54,575 bases of DNA from Nitrosovibrio sp. Nv4 (GTDB lineage: Bacteria; Pseudomonadota; Gammaproteobacteria; Burkholderiales; Nitrosomonadaceae): positions 1 through 54,575 of the forward strand of contig CAMDAX010000001.1 of assembly GCA_945888885.1 (NCBI GenBank), given 5' to 3'. This document shows, piece by piece, positions 30,401 to 38,841 of the stretch. The position numbers were made by a program, and so were the translations under genes. Below the pieces are notes generated by a model. That model saw only the letters and a program-made list of their open reading frames with translations. It did not search any database and was not told where the DNA came from. Position 1 is the first letter of the stretch. Each line of letters starts with the position of its first letter.

Positions 30401-30720
30401 TCATTTGCCGTACAAACGAACTGCTCAGCCTGTAACTGCGGATTATGTGCGAGCGCCGCAAACAGATCCCGGTCATTAATACGCCCCTGTTGATAAAACT
30501 CACGGTTTTGTGCCTCAGGAAGATAGCCGAAAGTGCCGGTTAATGCTTCGTAGGCTGCCAGCGCCTGTTCAAACGGCAGATGCTGAAAACCATGGATAGT
30601 ATTGTGGTGGACGAAATCATGAATCGGTCCCTGCCCAGGAAGGACATGATCTAGATGATTGATCGCCGCGATGATCTGCTCGCGACTACCGGGGGATTCG
30701 GAATTTGCATGCATTGTCAA
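27436..30720 (-). CDS. dabA: DUF2309-family DabA-like protein (beta-CA-like subunit of DAB inorganic-carbon pumps)
   Basis: 1094 aa in the ORF-track numbering. The N-terminus reads [35 protein letters not shown] gives C566/D568/R570, and [24 protein letters not shown] gives H757/C772. The ORF track starts at TTG 30720; the likely ATG is at 30714. Confidence 0.85.
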   Translation of the reverse strand: [1094 protein letters not shown]

Positions 30721-30724
30721 TGTC

Positions 30725-32197
30725 CTATTGAATACGTTGACTGATCAGGCTGCTCATGTGGGACAGGGTTGCTGATGACAGGTCAATCAGCGGCTCAGGC
30801 AGCAAGCCAAACAACACAATGCCCGAAACCAGCAAACCGGCTGCCAGTAACTCGGGGGTACGCAAATCTTCGATCTCCCGCATCTGCGGCTTTACCGGGC
30901 CGGTGAATAATAGGCCGATGGTGCGGATGGCATAGGCGGAACTGATCAGGATGCTGAGGCTGAAAAACACCATCAAGCTGCCCCATTGCTGATAACCGCC
31001 GATAATGGCATGCAGCTCGGCAATAAAACCCACCGAACCCGGCAAGCCCATCGCCGCGAACAAGGTTAAAGTCATGAACAAGGCAAAACGTGGCATCACC
31101 TGAACCAGTGAGCTGTAATCCTGAATGTTACGGGTATGAGTGCGTTCATACAGTAGCCCAACCAGCAGAAACATCGCGCCCGCGATCAGTCCATGAGCGG
31201 TCATTTGCAAGACTGCACCGGTAATTCCTGTCTCATTCAAGGTTGCAATACCCAATAAGACAATACCCATGTGACTGACTGAAGAATAAGCCACCATCGC
31301 TTTAAGATCACTTTGCCGCCAAGCCAGTAAGCCACCGTAAATCATCCCGAATAACGCCAGAAAAACCAGCCATGGCTGTAATATTTGTGCGGCCTCCGGC
31401 AACATTACCACGACCCTTATCAAACCATAAGCACCCATCTTCAGCAAAATGCCGGACAGCAGAATACTGACCGGACTGGGCGCTTCGACGTGGGCCAAGG
31501 GCAGCCAGCCGTGCAGTGGGAAAATGGGCATCTTAACCCCAAAACCCATCAAAAAACCCAATAGTACCCAGACCTGCTCATCCCGTGGCATGCTTTGCGC
31601 CGCCTCACTCATCGAGGCCATCAATGAGCCGCCGTGTTCAGGCATGTAGTGACCAATCGCGAGCAAACTGATGAGCATGAAGATCGATCCGCCCATCGTA
31701 TACAACACAAAGTTGAGACTGGCTGTGTGTCGTCGCTTTCCACCCCAGCGGTCAATCAGAAAAAATAACGGGATTAAAGTCAATTCCCAGAATATATAAA
31801 ACAATGCCCAATCCTGCGCTAGAAACACGCCCAACATACCGAACTCCAACAACAGGATGCAAATATGAAAACTCTTGACACTGCTTGAAATAGTGAAAGA
31901 AGCAAGCAGTGCGATAGACGTGAGCAGAGTCGCCAGAACCACCATGGGCAATGACAGGCCGTCAACGCCCAAAGCGAAGGCGGTGCCCAGCTTTGGATTA
32001 AGCGTAAACTGTTCGCCGTATTGCAAGCCGCCATCAAGCTGATTATAAATAACGACCAGCCAGCAACTTAACAAAAAAGTGAGCCCAGCAAATAGATTAG
32101 CAAGGAACCGCATCCGATTGCTGTCCTGGCGTGACGTGAGTGCCAAGAGCAAAATCCCGACAACCGGAGTCCAGAGAAGTATGCTAAGTATCCCCAT
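30725..32197 (-). CDS. Complex-I subunit M (NuoM/NdhD)-like proton-conducting membrane transporter, paralog 1
   Basis: 490 aa with FYIFWELTLIPLFFLI and GVKMPIFPLHGWLPLAHVEAPSPVSILLSGILLKMGAYG, canonical NuoM motifs. It is the first gene of the operon, and its stop lies 4 nt before DabA. Confidence 0.82.
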   Translation of the reverse strand: MGILSILLWTPVVGILLLALTSRQDSNRMRFLANLFAGLTFLLSCWLVVIYNQLDGGLQYGEQFTLNPKLGTAFALGVDGLSLPMVVLATLLTSIALLASFTISSSVKSFHICILLLEFGMLGVFLAQDWALFYIFWELTLIPLFFLIDRWGGKRRHTASLNFVLYTMGGSIFMLISLLAIGHYMPEHGGSLMASMSEAAQSMPRDEQVWVLLGFLMGFGVKMPIFPLHGWLPLAHVEAPSPVSILLSGILLKMGAYGLIRVVVMLPEAAQILQPWLVFLALFGMIYGGLLAWRQSDLKAMVAYSSVSHMGIVLLGIATLNETGITGAVLQMTAHGLIAGAMFLLVGLLYERTHTRNIQDYSSLVQVMPRFALFMTLTLFAAMGLPGSVGFIAELHAIIGGYQQWGSLMVFFSLSILISSAYAIRTIGLLFTGPVKPQMREIEDLRTPELLAAGLLVSGIVLFGLLPEPLIDLSSATLSHMSSLISQRIQ

Positions 32198-32435
32198 CGT
32201 ATAGATTTTTCTTTACGTTCGTCGCTATTGGGTAATTTTAAAAATCAGGGAGGATTCAAGCCAGCTAGTTCACCTTAAATCCGAGTTTACGCCCTGACAC
32301 CAAAACATGTGGCGATAAGCTGCTTTCAGGCGGGAATAACAATCGCAATCGAGTTAATGTGATTGCTGAACTAGGCTGTGGTCACCTTGCGACCAAGTTA
32401 ACTATAGTGTTGTACAGTATAAAGTAATGGAAGAT

Positions 32436-32464
32436 AAAGCATGAAAAACCGGTTTTCATGCTTT
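32436..32464 (-). terminator. Hairpin downstream of the USP gene; probable intrinsic terminator separating it from the DAB-like operon
   Basis: aaagcatgaaaa-accgg-ttttcatgcttt forms a ~12-bp stem 26 nt after the USP stop. On the minus strand the stem ends in UUU followed by AUCUU. Confidence 0.5.
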
Positions 32465-32489
32465 ACTCCCTGCGCTCAAATTGAATGTA

Positions 32490-32879
32490 TTAGTGCAGAC
32501 GGACCAAGAGAATGGATGCCTCTATTTTACTTACCAGTTGTTCCGCCACCGAACCGATGACCAGACGTTCCAGGCCACGGCGATTAGATGTTCCCACTAC
32601 GACCAGATCGGCCTCCCATTCAGCGGCGGCATTGGCAACGGCCTCTGCTACGCTGCTCAGACCATATTCGGCATCTGCTTCAAGCAAGCGGGTCTCTACA
32701 TCGAGTACAGTGCCCGCAGCAATCCTGGCATTCTCCAGCAGGTTGGCGTCGTCCAGGTTGCTAGCAACATGAACGATGCATAGCTTAGCGCCATATGAGC
32801 CGGCAATGTGCAAGGCTTCCTGCAATGCGCTCTGGGACATTTCGCTATCGTCAATCGCCACCATGATCTTGTTGTACAT
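32490..32879 (-). CDS. Universal stress protein (UspA family)
   Basis: 129 aa with KIMVAIDDS and DLVVVGTSNRRGLERLVIGSVAEQLV (ATP-binding G-x2-G-x9-GS). An agaggag SD lies upstream. Confidence 0.85.
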   Translation of the reverse strand: MYNKIMVAIDDSEMSQSALQEALHIAGSYGAKLCIVHVASNLDDANLLENARIAAGTVLDVETRLLEADAEYGLSSVAEAVANAAAEWEADLVVVGTSNRRGLERLVIGSVAEQLVSKIEASILLVRLH

Positions 32880-32975
32880 GCTGACTCCTCTTTACGTATG
32901 TTTTGTAAAGGACAGCAGTTTCAACTCCTGCCCCCCCTGCGACCACAACTTTATGAAGCATGCATCAACCTCTCG

Positions 32976-34328
32976 TTACGGTCGGTTCATATCACCACCC
33001 TTGAGCCCATCAAAGTACTTTTCAATGATGGACTTGTGTGGGAGTTTATCGGCGTGGTAATAAACCATATAGTGAACGATGCCGTGCACGGCCATGGCGA
33101 TCAGCAAGCCCTCAAAGATTCCCACCTTGTAGACCAGACCACCGCATAAGACTGCGAGCATCAGTGGATAAGGGCCATAGTGGGTAACATGCACTAGCCC
33201 CAGGATCATTTTCCAGCCCGTGAATATCATGATCGCCGCCAGCGCAAACTTCGGCAGATATGCCAGATATTCCGAGTAAATCAAGAAGAAAGTAACGACA
33301 AGACCGATGATCAGTACGGAAAATTTAGTATAAGCCCCGGCCAGCCTGTTGGTGGTACTTTTTGCCAGACCGTCCAGATTGGTCATGCCACCGAAAAAAC
33401 TTGCACCCATGTTGGAAATCCAGATCGCCAACAGGCTATTATTACTGTTGCATTTGCGTCTCAATGGGTCTATTTTCTCGATCGCAGCGTTGCTCATCAC
33501 TTGTTCTATCACGTCAATCACCGCCAGCATCGCTGCAAAAAGTATCACATACACCCAGGTCAATGCGCTGTCAAACTGCGGGATCGGCAAGGCGAACTTG
33601 AGTTCCACATCTTCCACATATAGCATCTGTAAAGGCATGAATTGGGCCAATATCACGCCAGCGAGAATCAGCACAAAATAGGGAATGGCAGGCTGGCTGT
33701 CCTTGAATTTTGAAAACAGGTACACGAACATGGCAAAACCACCTAGCGATATCAGGCACATCTGGATGCGCGCCCCGTTCCAGAAGGATTCGGCGGATAC
33801 CTGGTCGACCGGCAGCTCATAAGTCATATCCATGAACTTCAACGCGATCTTCAAGCCCACCCCTGCCAGTAACCCCTCGACCAGATAACCCGGCACCGCG
33901 ATTAAAATGTAACGCTGCCAGTCGTATTTCCAGATAACGGCTTGCATGAGAGCGGTCAGGAAAATGACAAACGCCATATTTTCCATGCCGAAGCTAGCGA
34001 CGCCAATAGCCAGCACCGGCGCCAGGCCCGCCGCGATTCCGGGACTGCCAATAAAGTTTCCGGGTCTGATCCAGGCATTGATCCAACCGATCAAACAGGC
34101 AAAAGCAACCGTCGCCAGCCCCACCTTGATCGGGTAATCCGACATCATGGCGATGCCGACTGACAGGGGAATTGCCATTGCCCCAGTGATAATCCCCGCT
34201 TGGATGTCGCGCGCTAGGTACTTGACCTGAAATGCCGCTGATCCTGGGATGGTGACTGGCTCCATCGTGTTGCCGGACTCGTGGTCATGCGCTGGCGAAG
34301 CAGGCTTATCTATATTATGCGAGGTCAT
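32976..34328 (-). CDS. SulP-family-like anion permease lacking a STAS domain
   Basis: About 450 aa and polytopic. The N-terminal RDIQAGIITGAMAIPLSVGIAMMS resembles the SulP TM1 signature (DxxAGxTxxxxxxPxxxA). The protein ends about 35 aa after the last TM, so there is no STAS domain. The ATG at 34328 has a gggaga SD 9 nt upstream; the ORF track starts at TTG 34334. Confidence 0.65.
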   Translation of the reverse strand: MTSHNIDKPASPAHDHESGNTMEPVTIPGSAAFQVKYLARDIQAGIITGAMAIPLSVGIAMMSDYPIKVGLATVAFACLIGWINAWIRPGNFIGSPGIAAGLAPVLAIGVASFGMENMAFVIFLTALMQAVIWKYDWQRYILIAVPGYLVEGLLAGVGLKIALKFMDMTYELPVDQVSAESFWNGARIQMCLISLGGFAMFVYLFSKFKDSQPAIPYFVLILAGVILAQFMPLQMLYVEDVELKFALPIPQFDSALTWVYVILFAAMLAVIDVIEQVMSNAAIEKIDPLRRKCNSNNSLLAIWISNMGASFFGGMTNLDGLAKSTTNRLAGAYTKFSVLIIGLVVTFFLIYSEYLAYLPKFALAAIMIFTGWKMILGLVHVTHYGPYPLMLAVLCGGLVYKVGIFEGLLIAMAVHGIVHYMVYYHADKLPHKSIIEKYFDGLKGGDMNRP

Positions 34329-34402
34329 TAGCAATCATCTCCCGATTTCTTAAGCCCAAAAGATAACATAAGTAATGTGAAGAAAACATATTTTAAATGT
34401 GA

Positions 34403-35698
34403 TTAATTTGTGATGTCCACGGCGCTGCGGTCAGGGAAGGTGATATGGAAGGTTGAACCCTGCCAGGGCGTGCTGTCGACCTCGATGCGCCAGCCGTGGT
34501 AATCGCAGATACACTTGACGATGGCCAGCCCAATCCCCAGACCTTCTCCCTGGGCCGAACCCCGGAAAAAGCGCTCGAACAGGAAAGGCAGGTAAGAGGG
34601 CTCAATACCAATACCCGAATCGGAGATCGTGATTTCGCGGCCGCTGAATTTCACCCGGACAAAACCATGCGCGGTATATTGCACGGCATTGCGCAGCAGG
34701 TTCGCCAGGGCCGTGTGCAGCGCCTGCCGGTTGAGCATGAGGACGGCTTCCGGCGCCACTGCCACCTCGAAGTCGAGGTGTTTGCGCGCAATTTCCGGAC
34801 GCAAAGGCGCCACCGCATCGAACACGCATTCCGTAATTACGACCGGCTCCATCACGCCCAGCGCCTGTTCGCGCGCAAGAAACAGTAAAGCCTGCAATTG
34901 TTCGCCCATGCGGGTCGCTGCCGACTCAACCATGCCGATGCGGATGCGCACCTTTTCGGACAAATCCAGCTCGGTCGCCAACAACTCGCAACTCGTCAGA
35001 ATCGTGGTGATCGGGGTACGCATCTCATGGCTTACATTGGCCGTAAATTCCTGCTCGCGCTGCAGTATGCGTTTAATGCGGCTCTGGTAATCATCCAGTG
35101 CGCGTGCAAGCTGCGCCACTTCTTCGTCCATCCCCGGCTGTGTCAGCGTTACGCCCTGCTCGTTGCCGGGTGCAAGATGCCTTACCTTCTCGGCAAGGTC
35201 GGCGACCTCTCGGACGAGCAATCCGGCAAGCAGGTACCCCACCACCAGCGCAACGCCGACTAGCGAGATCAGCGACAGCCCGATCAGCAGCCCGAACTCC
35301 TGTTTGCGCTGCTCATGCAGCCCGATTTCATAAGCAACAAGAAACTTGGCCCCATCGAAGTGCCGTACCGCGACCCGGATTTCCTGGGGACCGCGAAATA
35401 CCATGTGACGCCTTAGGTCGAGATCCTGCAGGTAAGCGGGCAGCCGCAATTCCTCGGTGTGGTCACGCACGATATATTCTTCGAGGTTGGGGCCAGCTTG
35501 TGGAATAAAATTAGGCTGCTGACGATAGCGCTCAATGAGATGGTCCATCTCCATTTCAATGACCTGCTCGATGTGCGCCTCCTCGATATTGCCGGAAGCG
35601 ACATAAAGACTGATACCAAGGGTGCCGACGACGAATATGCAGAAGATTGCGAACGCCAGCGCAATACGCAGGCGCAGGCTGCGCTTAAGCTTGAGCAC
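34403..35698 (-). CDS. Sensor histidine kinase (two TM helices, HAMP, HisKA, HATPase)
   Basis: 431 aa with H-box VSHEMRTPITTI, N-box LLRNAVQYT, G1 DSGIGI and G2 GEGLGIGLAIV. The GTG start overlaps the response-regulator gene by 14 nt. Confidence 0.88.
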   Translation of the reverse strand: MLKLKRSLRLRIALAFAIFCIFVVGTLGISLYVASGNIEEAHIEQVIEMEMDHLIERYRQQPNFIPQAGPNLEEYIVRDHTEELRLPAYLQDLDLRRHMVFRGPQEIRVAVRHFDGAKFLVAYEIGLHEQRKQEFGLLIGLSLISLVGVALVVGYLLAGLLVREVADLAEKVRHLAPGNEQGVTLTQPGMDEEVAQLARALDDYQSRIKRILQREQEFTANVSHEMRTPITTILTSCELLATELDLSEKVRIRIGMVESAATRMGEQLQALLFLAREQALGVMEPVVITECVFDAVAPLRPEIARKHLDFEVAVAPEAVLMLNRQALHTALANLLRNAVQYTAHGFVRVKFSGREITISDSGIGIEPSYLPFLFERFFRGSAQGEGLGIGLAIVKCICDYHGWRIEVDSTPWQGSTFHITFPDRSAVDITN

Positions 35699-36368
35699 GA
35701 GTAATCAGGTGGTAGCCGAGGCCGTGGACAGTCCCGATCGGATCGTAGCCGCCAGCCCGAATCAGTGCACGGCGCAGTTCATGCATATGACTGCGCAGGG
35801 TGTCGCTGGTTTCCTGCGCCCCCCCCCACACTCCCGACTCGAGCTCTTTACGGCTGAATACGCGGCCGGGCTCGCCCATCATAAGTGCAAGCAGGCGGAT
35901 GCATTTTGGCGGCAATTTGACCCCTGAACCAGCGAAATTGATCGACATCATTTTCGGGTCGAACGTTAGATCGCCGGTTTCCAGCGTGCGGCTGGTAACT
36001 TTGCCGCCATGGCGTTTGTGCATCGCAACCAGACGTGCTTCGACTTCTCTCAGTGCAAACGGTTTGACCAGATAGTCATCGGCCCCGTGTTCGAAACCCT
36101 TCAGCTTGTCTTCCAGCGTGTCGCGCGCGGTCAACATCAGTATCGGCGTGTCCAGCTGCGCTTCCTGACGCAGCTTCCGGCACAATGTGATGCCGTCCAT
36201 ACCCGGCAAACCGAGATCAAGTAGAATGCCGTCAAAGCGCTGTGTAATCGCGAGATGCAGGCCGGTGATGCCGTCAGCCGCCGCATCGGGACTATGCCCG
36301 CAGACTTCCATAAAATCGTAGAGATTGGTAGCGATCGCTGGATCATCTTCGATTATGAGTATACGCAC
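35685..36368 (-). CDS. OmpR-family response regulator
   Basis: 227 aa. The receiver reads MRILIIEDD...ILLDLGLPGMDG...LTARD, followed by a winged-helix C-terminus (IGTVHGLGYHL). GTG start. Confidence 0.9.
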   Translation of the reverse strand: MRILIIEDDPAIATNLYDFMEVCGHSPDAAADGITGLHLAITQRFDGILLDLGLPGMDGITLCRKLRQEAQLDTPILMLTARDTLEDKLKGFEHGADDYLVKPFALREVEARLVAMHKRHGGKVTSRTLETGDLTFDPKMMSINFAGSGVKLPPKCIRLLALMMGEPGRVFSRKELESGVWGGAQETSDTLRSHMHELRRALIRAGGYDPIGTVHGLGYHLITRAQA

Positions 36369-36442
36369 GGATGAGTGTCCTGCTGAAACATTACAAAATA
36401 ACGAGGCACTGCGCTGAAATCTGAATTGTTAGAAGTGTCCCA

Positions 36443-37510
36443 TCAGCACTGGTGATATTTACGGCTAATGGCATGGACAGCTTCCGTCATGGTCAAGACG
36501 CTTTCTGGTGGCGTGAACTGGGAAATGCCGTGGCCAAGATTAAATACATGACCGCTGCCGTTACCGTAGTCAGCAAGAATTTTTTCCACCTCAGCGGTGA
36601 TAATCTCCGGTGTAGCAAATAATACTGCCGGATCGAGATTACCTTGCAGTGCAACCTTATGACCGATACGCCGACGCGCCTCAGCAATATCCACGGTCCA
36701 GTCGAGTCCTACAGCATCACAACCACTATTGGCAATGCTTTCCAGCCATAGTCCACCACCCTTGGTAAAAACAACAGCGGGGATACGCATGCCATCATGC
36801 TCACGTATTATTCCAGCCAGTATCTGTCTCATATAACGCAAGGAAAATTCCTGATAGGCGTTATGCGATAACGCCCCACCCCAAGTATCAAAAATCATCA
36901 CTGCCTGTGCGCCAGATTCGATCTGCGCATTCAGATAGGCGGTGACCGCTTGGGCATTGATGTTAAGAATATGGTGCAACAGGTCGGGCCGCTTATAAAG
37001 CATGGTTTTAATTTTCCGGAAATCGGTACCGCCACAGCCTTCCACCATGTAGCAGGCAAGCGTAAACGGACTGCCAGAAAAACCGATCAGCGGAACCTGG
37101 TTATCCAGTGTCTTACGAATCTGTGCCACCGCATCCATCACATAACGTAAATGTACGTTAGGATCTGGCACTGTAAGCGCACGAATTTCCCACTCCTCAC
37201 GCAAGGGACGCTCGAACTTGGGACCCTCGCCTTCGGCGAAATAAAGCCCCAGTCCCATCGCATCTGGAATGGTAAGGATATCGGAAAACAGTATCGCCGC
37301 ATCCAGTGGAAATCGTGCCAGTGGCTGCATGGTGACTTCGGTGGCAAAATCGGGGTTCTTACACAGCGAAAGAAAATCACCAGCACGTGCACGAGTCTGG
37401 TTATATTCAGAGAGATAGCGCCCAGCCTGACGCATCAACCATACGGGGGTATATTCAGTGGGTTGTCGCAGCAGCGCCCGTATCAGCGTATCGTTTTTTA
37501 GTTTTGTCAT
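36443..37510 (-). CDS. hemE: Uroporphyrinogen decarboxylase
   Basis: [12 protein letters not shown] signature. I chose the ATG at 37510 ([14 protein letters not shown]). Confidence 0.93.
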   Translation of the reverse strand: MTKLKNDTLIRALLRQPTEYTPVWLMRQAGRYLSEYNQTRARAGDFLSLCKNPDFATEVTMQPLARFPLDAAILFSDILTIPDAMGLGLYFAEGEGPKFERPLREEWEIRALTVPDPNVHLRYVMDAVAQIRKTLDNQVPLIGFSGSPFTLACYMVEGCGGTDFRKIKTMLYKRPDLLHHILNINAQAVTAYLNAQIESGAQAVMIFDTWGGALSHNAYQEFSLRYMRQILAGIIREHDGMRIPAVVFTKGGGLWLESIANSGCDAVGLDWTVDIAEARRRIGHKVALQGNLDPAVLFATPEIITAEVEKILADYGNGSGHVFNLGHGISQFTPPESVLTMTEAVHAISRKYHQC

Positions 37511-37709
37511 TCGTAAGCCTATCTCATCGTGGAACTTCAATCTAATATTACCAGCGATTGGCCTCTGCGTACACAGCACATCGTCCAACTGTCAGCCAAC
37601 ACATCATCCACGAGCAGTGCTCCGTAACGACCGATCTTGATACATGCGCTGCCGACTATCCACATTGCCGGAATAGCCGAATTATCTATTGTTTAGAACT
37701 ATCATTTAC

Positions 37710-38840
37710 TCAGTTTTCATCAATGGCGAATAACCGTTGGTATTCCCGGATTGCGTAACGATCTGTCATGCCAGCGATGTAATCAGCAATGGCCTGATGC
37801 CCATCCTGTTGGTACTTGACCTGGTGCTCCGGCGGAAGCAACTGGATATCCGAGCTAAATACATTAAACAGCATTTCGATAGTATGCCGTGCTTTGTTGC
37901 TCATGCGCATCACTTGATAATGCCGGTAAAGATGGTCGCGCAAAAATTTTTTCAATTTCTGCTGTTCCTGCCTGATTTCCTCGCTAAAGCCAATCAGCAG
38001 CGGGGCTATTCGTACCGCAGACAGTCCTTCTAACCGGGCAACAGTGATGTTGATTGCACTTTGTCTGGTCAAATCCGCCACCAGGGTGTTGATCATGCAG
38101 CGCACGGTTTCATGAATCAAACGCCGTCCCCGAATCTTGGGATAGGATTTTCTTACCATCGTCAGATGCCGTGAAAATAGGCCGACTTGCTCCAGTTGTT
38201 CCTGGACGATGAGACCGGAGCGCAAACCATCGTCCACATCATGATTGTTGTAGGCAATTTCATCGGCAAGATTGGCGAGCTGCGCTTCTAGTGATGGTCT
38301 TTGACTTACGAGGAAGCGCTCACCCACATCCCCAAGTTTCTTGGCATTCCTCTTTGCGCAATGTTTAAGTATACCTTCACGGGTTTCAAAGCATAGATTC
38401 AGGCCGTCAAATGCACCATAACGCTCCTCCAGCACATCAACCACGCGCAGGGACTGAAGATTGTGTTCAAACCCGCCGTGATTTTTCATGCAATCGTTCA
38501 GCGCATCCTGGCCAGCATGACCGAATGGTGTATGCCCCAAATCATGCGCCAAAGCAATGGCTTCAACCAGATCTTCGTTAAGGTGCAGATTGCGCGCGAT
38601 GGAACGACCAATTTGTGCCACTTCCAGGCTATGGGTCAAACGGGTACGAAACAGGTCCCCTTCATGATTGACGAAAACCTGGGTCTTGTATTCAAGCCGA
38701 CGGAATGCGGTGGAATGGATGATGCGATCGCGGTCGCGCTGAAATTCACTGCGCCCGAAAGGTGACTCCTCCTGGATACGGCGGCCGCGGGAGTTTGCCG
38801 ATGATACTGCGTAATGCGCAAACTCTTGCATTAAGGCCAC
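37710..38840 (-). CDS. dgt: dGTP triphosphohydrolase-like HD-domain protein
   Basis: [21 protein letters not shown] and [12 protein letters not shown] (HD domain). The start is either GTG 38840 or ATG 38831. Confidence 0.85.
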   Translation of the reverse strand: MALMQEFAHYAVSSANSRGRRIQEESPFGRSEFQRDRDRIIHSTAFRRLEYKTQVFVNHEGDLFRTRLTHSLEVAQIGRSIARNLHLNEDLVEAIALAHDLGHTPFGHAGQDALNDCMKNHGGFEHNLQSLRVVDVLEERYGAFDGLNLCFETREGILKHCAKRNAKKLGDVGERFLVSQRPSLEAQLANLADEIAYNNHDVDDGLRSGLIVQEQLEQVGLFSRHLTMVRKSYPKIRGRRLIHETVRCMINTLVADLTRQSAINITVARLEGLSAVRIAPLLIGFSEEIRQEQQKLKKFLRDHLYRHYQVMRMSNKARHTIEMLFNVFSSDIQLLPPEHQVKYQQDGHQAIADYIAGMTDRYAIREYQRLFAIDEN

Positions 38841-38841
38841 T

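Noticed and set aside
22737-32197. The NuoL/M/N-like genes could be part of a respiratory NADH dehydrogenase (nuo) operon or an Mrp Na+/H+ antiporter operon
   Set aside because: No nuoA-K order, no NuoH/J/K/A-like or peripheral-arm genes, and no MrpB/C/E/F/G-like small subunits are present. A DUF2309/DabA gene is inserted between the first two antiporter-like genes, with 4-nt gaps on both sides.
21586-36368. The carbon-uptake region could be a mobile genomic island
   Set aside because: I found no integrase, transposase, tRNA attachment site or flanking direct repeats around it. The ~90-nt repeat copies bracket a different segment (0.2-20 kb). I could not compute composition reliably by eye.
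37710-38840. The dGTPase could be an anti-phage dNTP-depletion defence gene
   Set aside because: It starts immediately after the aroB stop in a conserved housekeeping string (pilMNOPQ-aroK-aroB-dgt), with no other defence-type neighbours. It is most likely the ordinary Dgt-like paralog.
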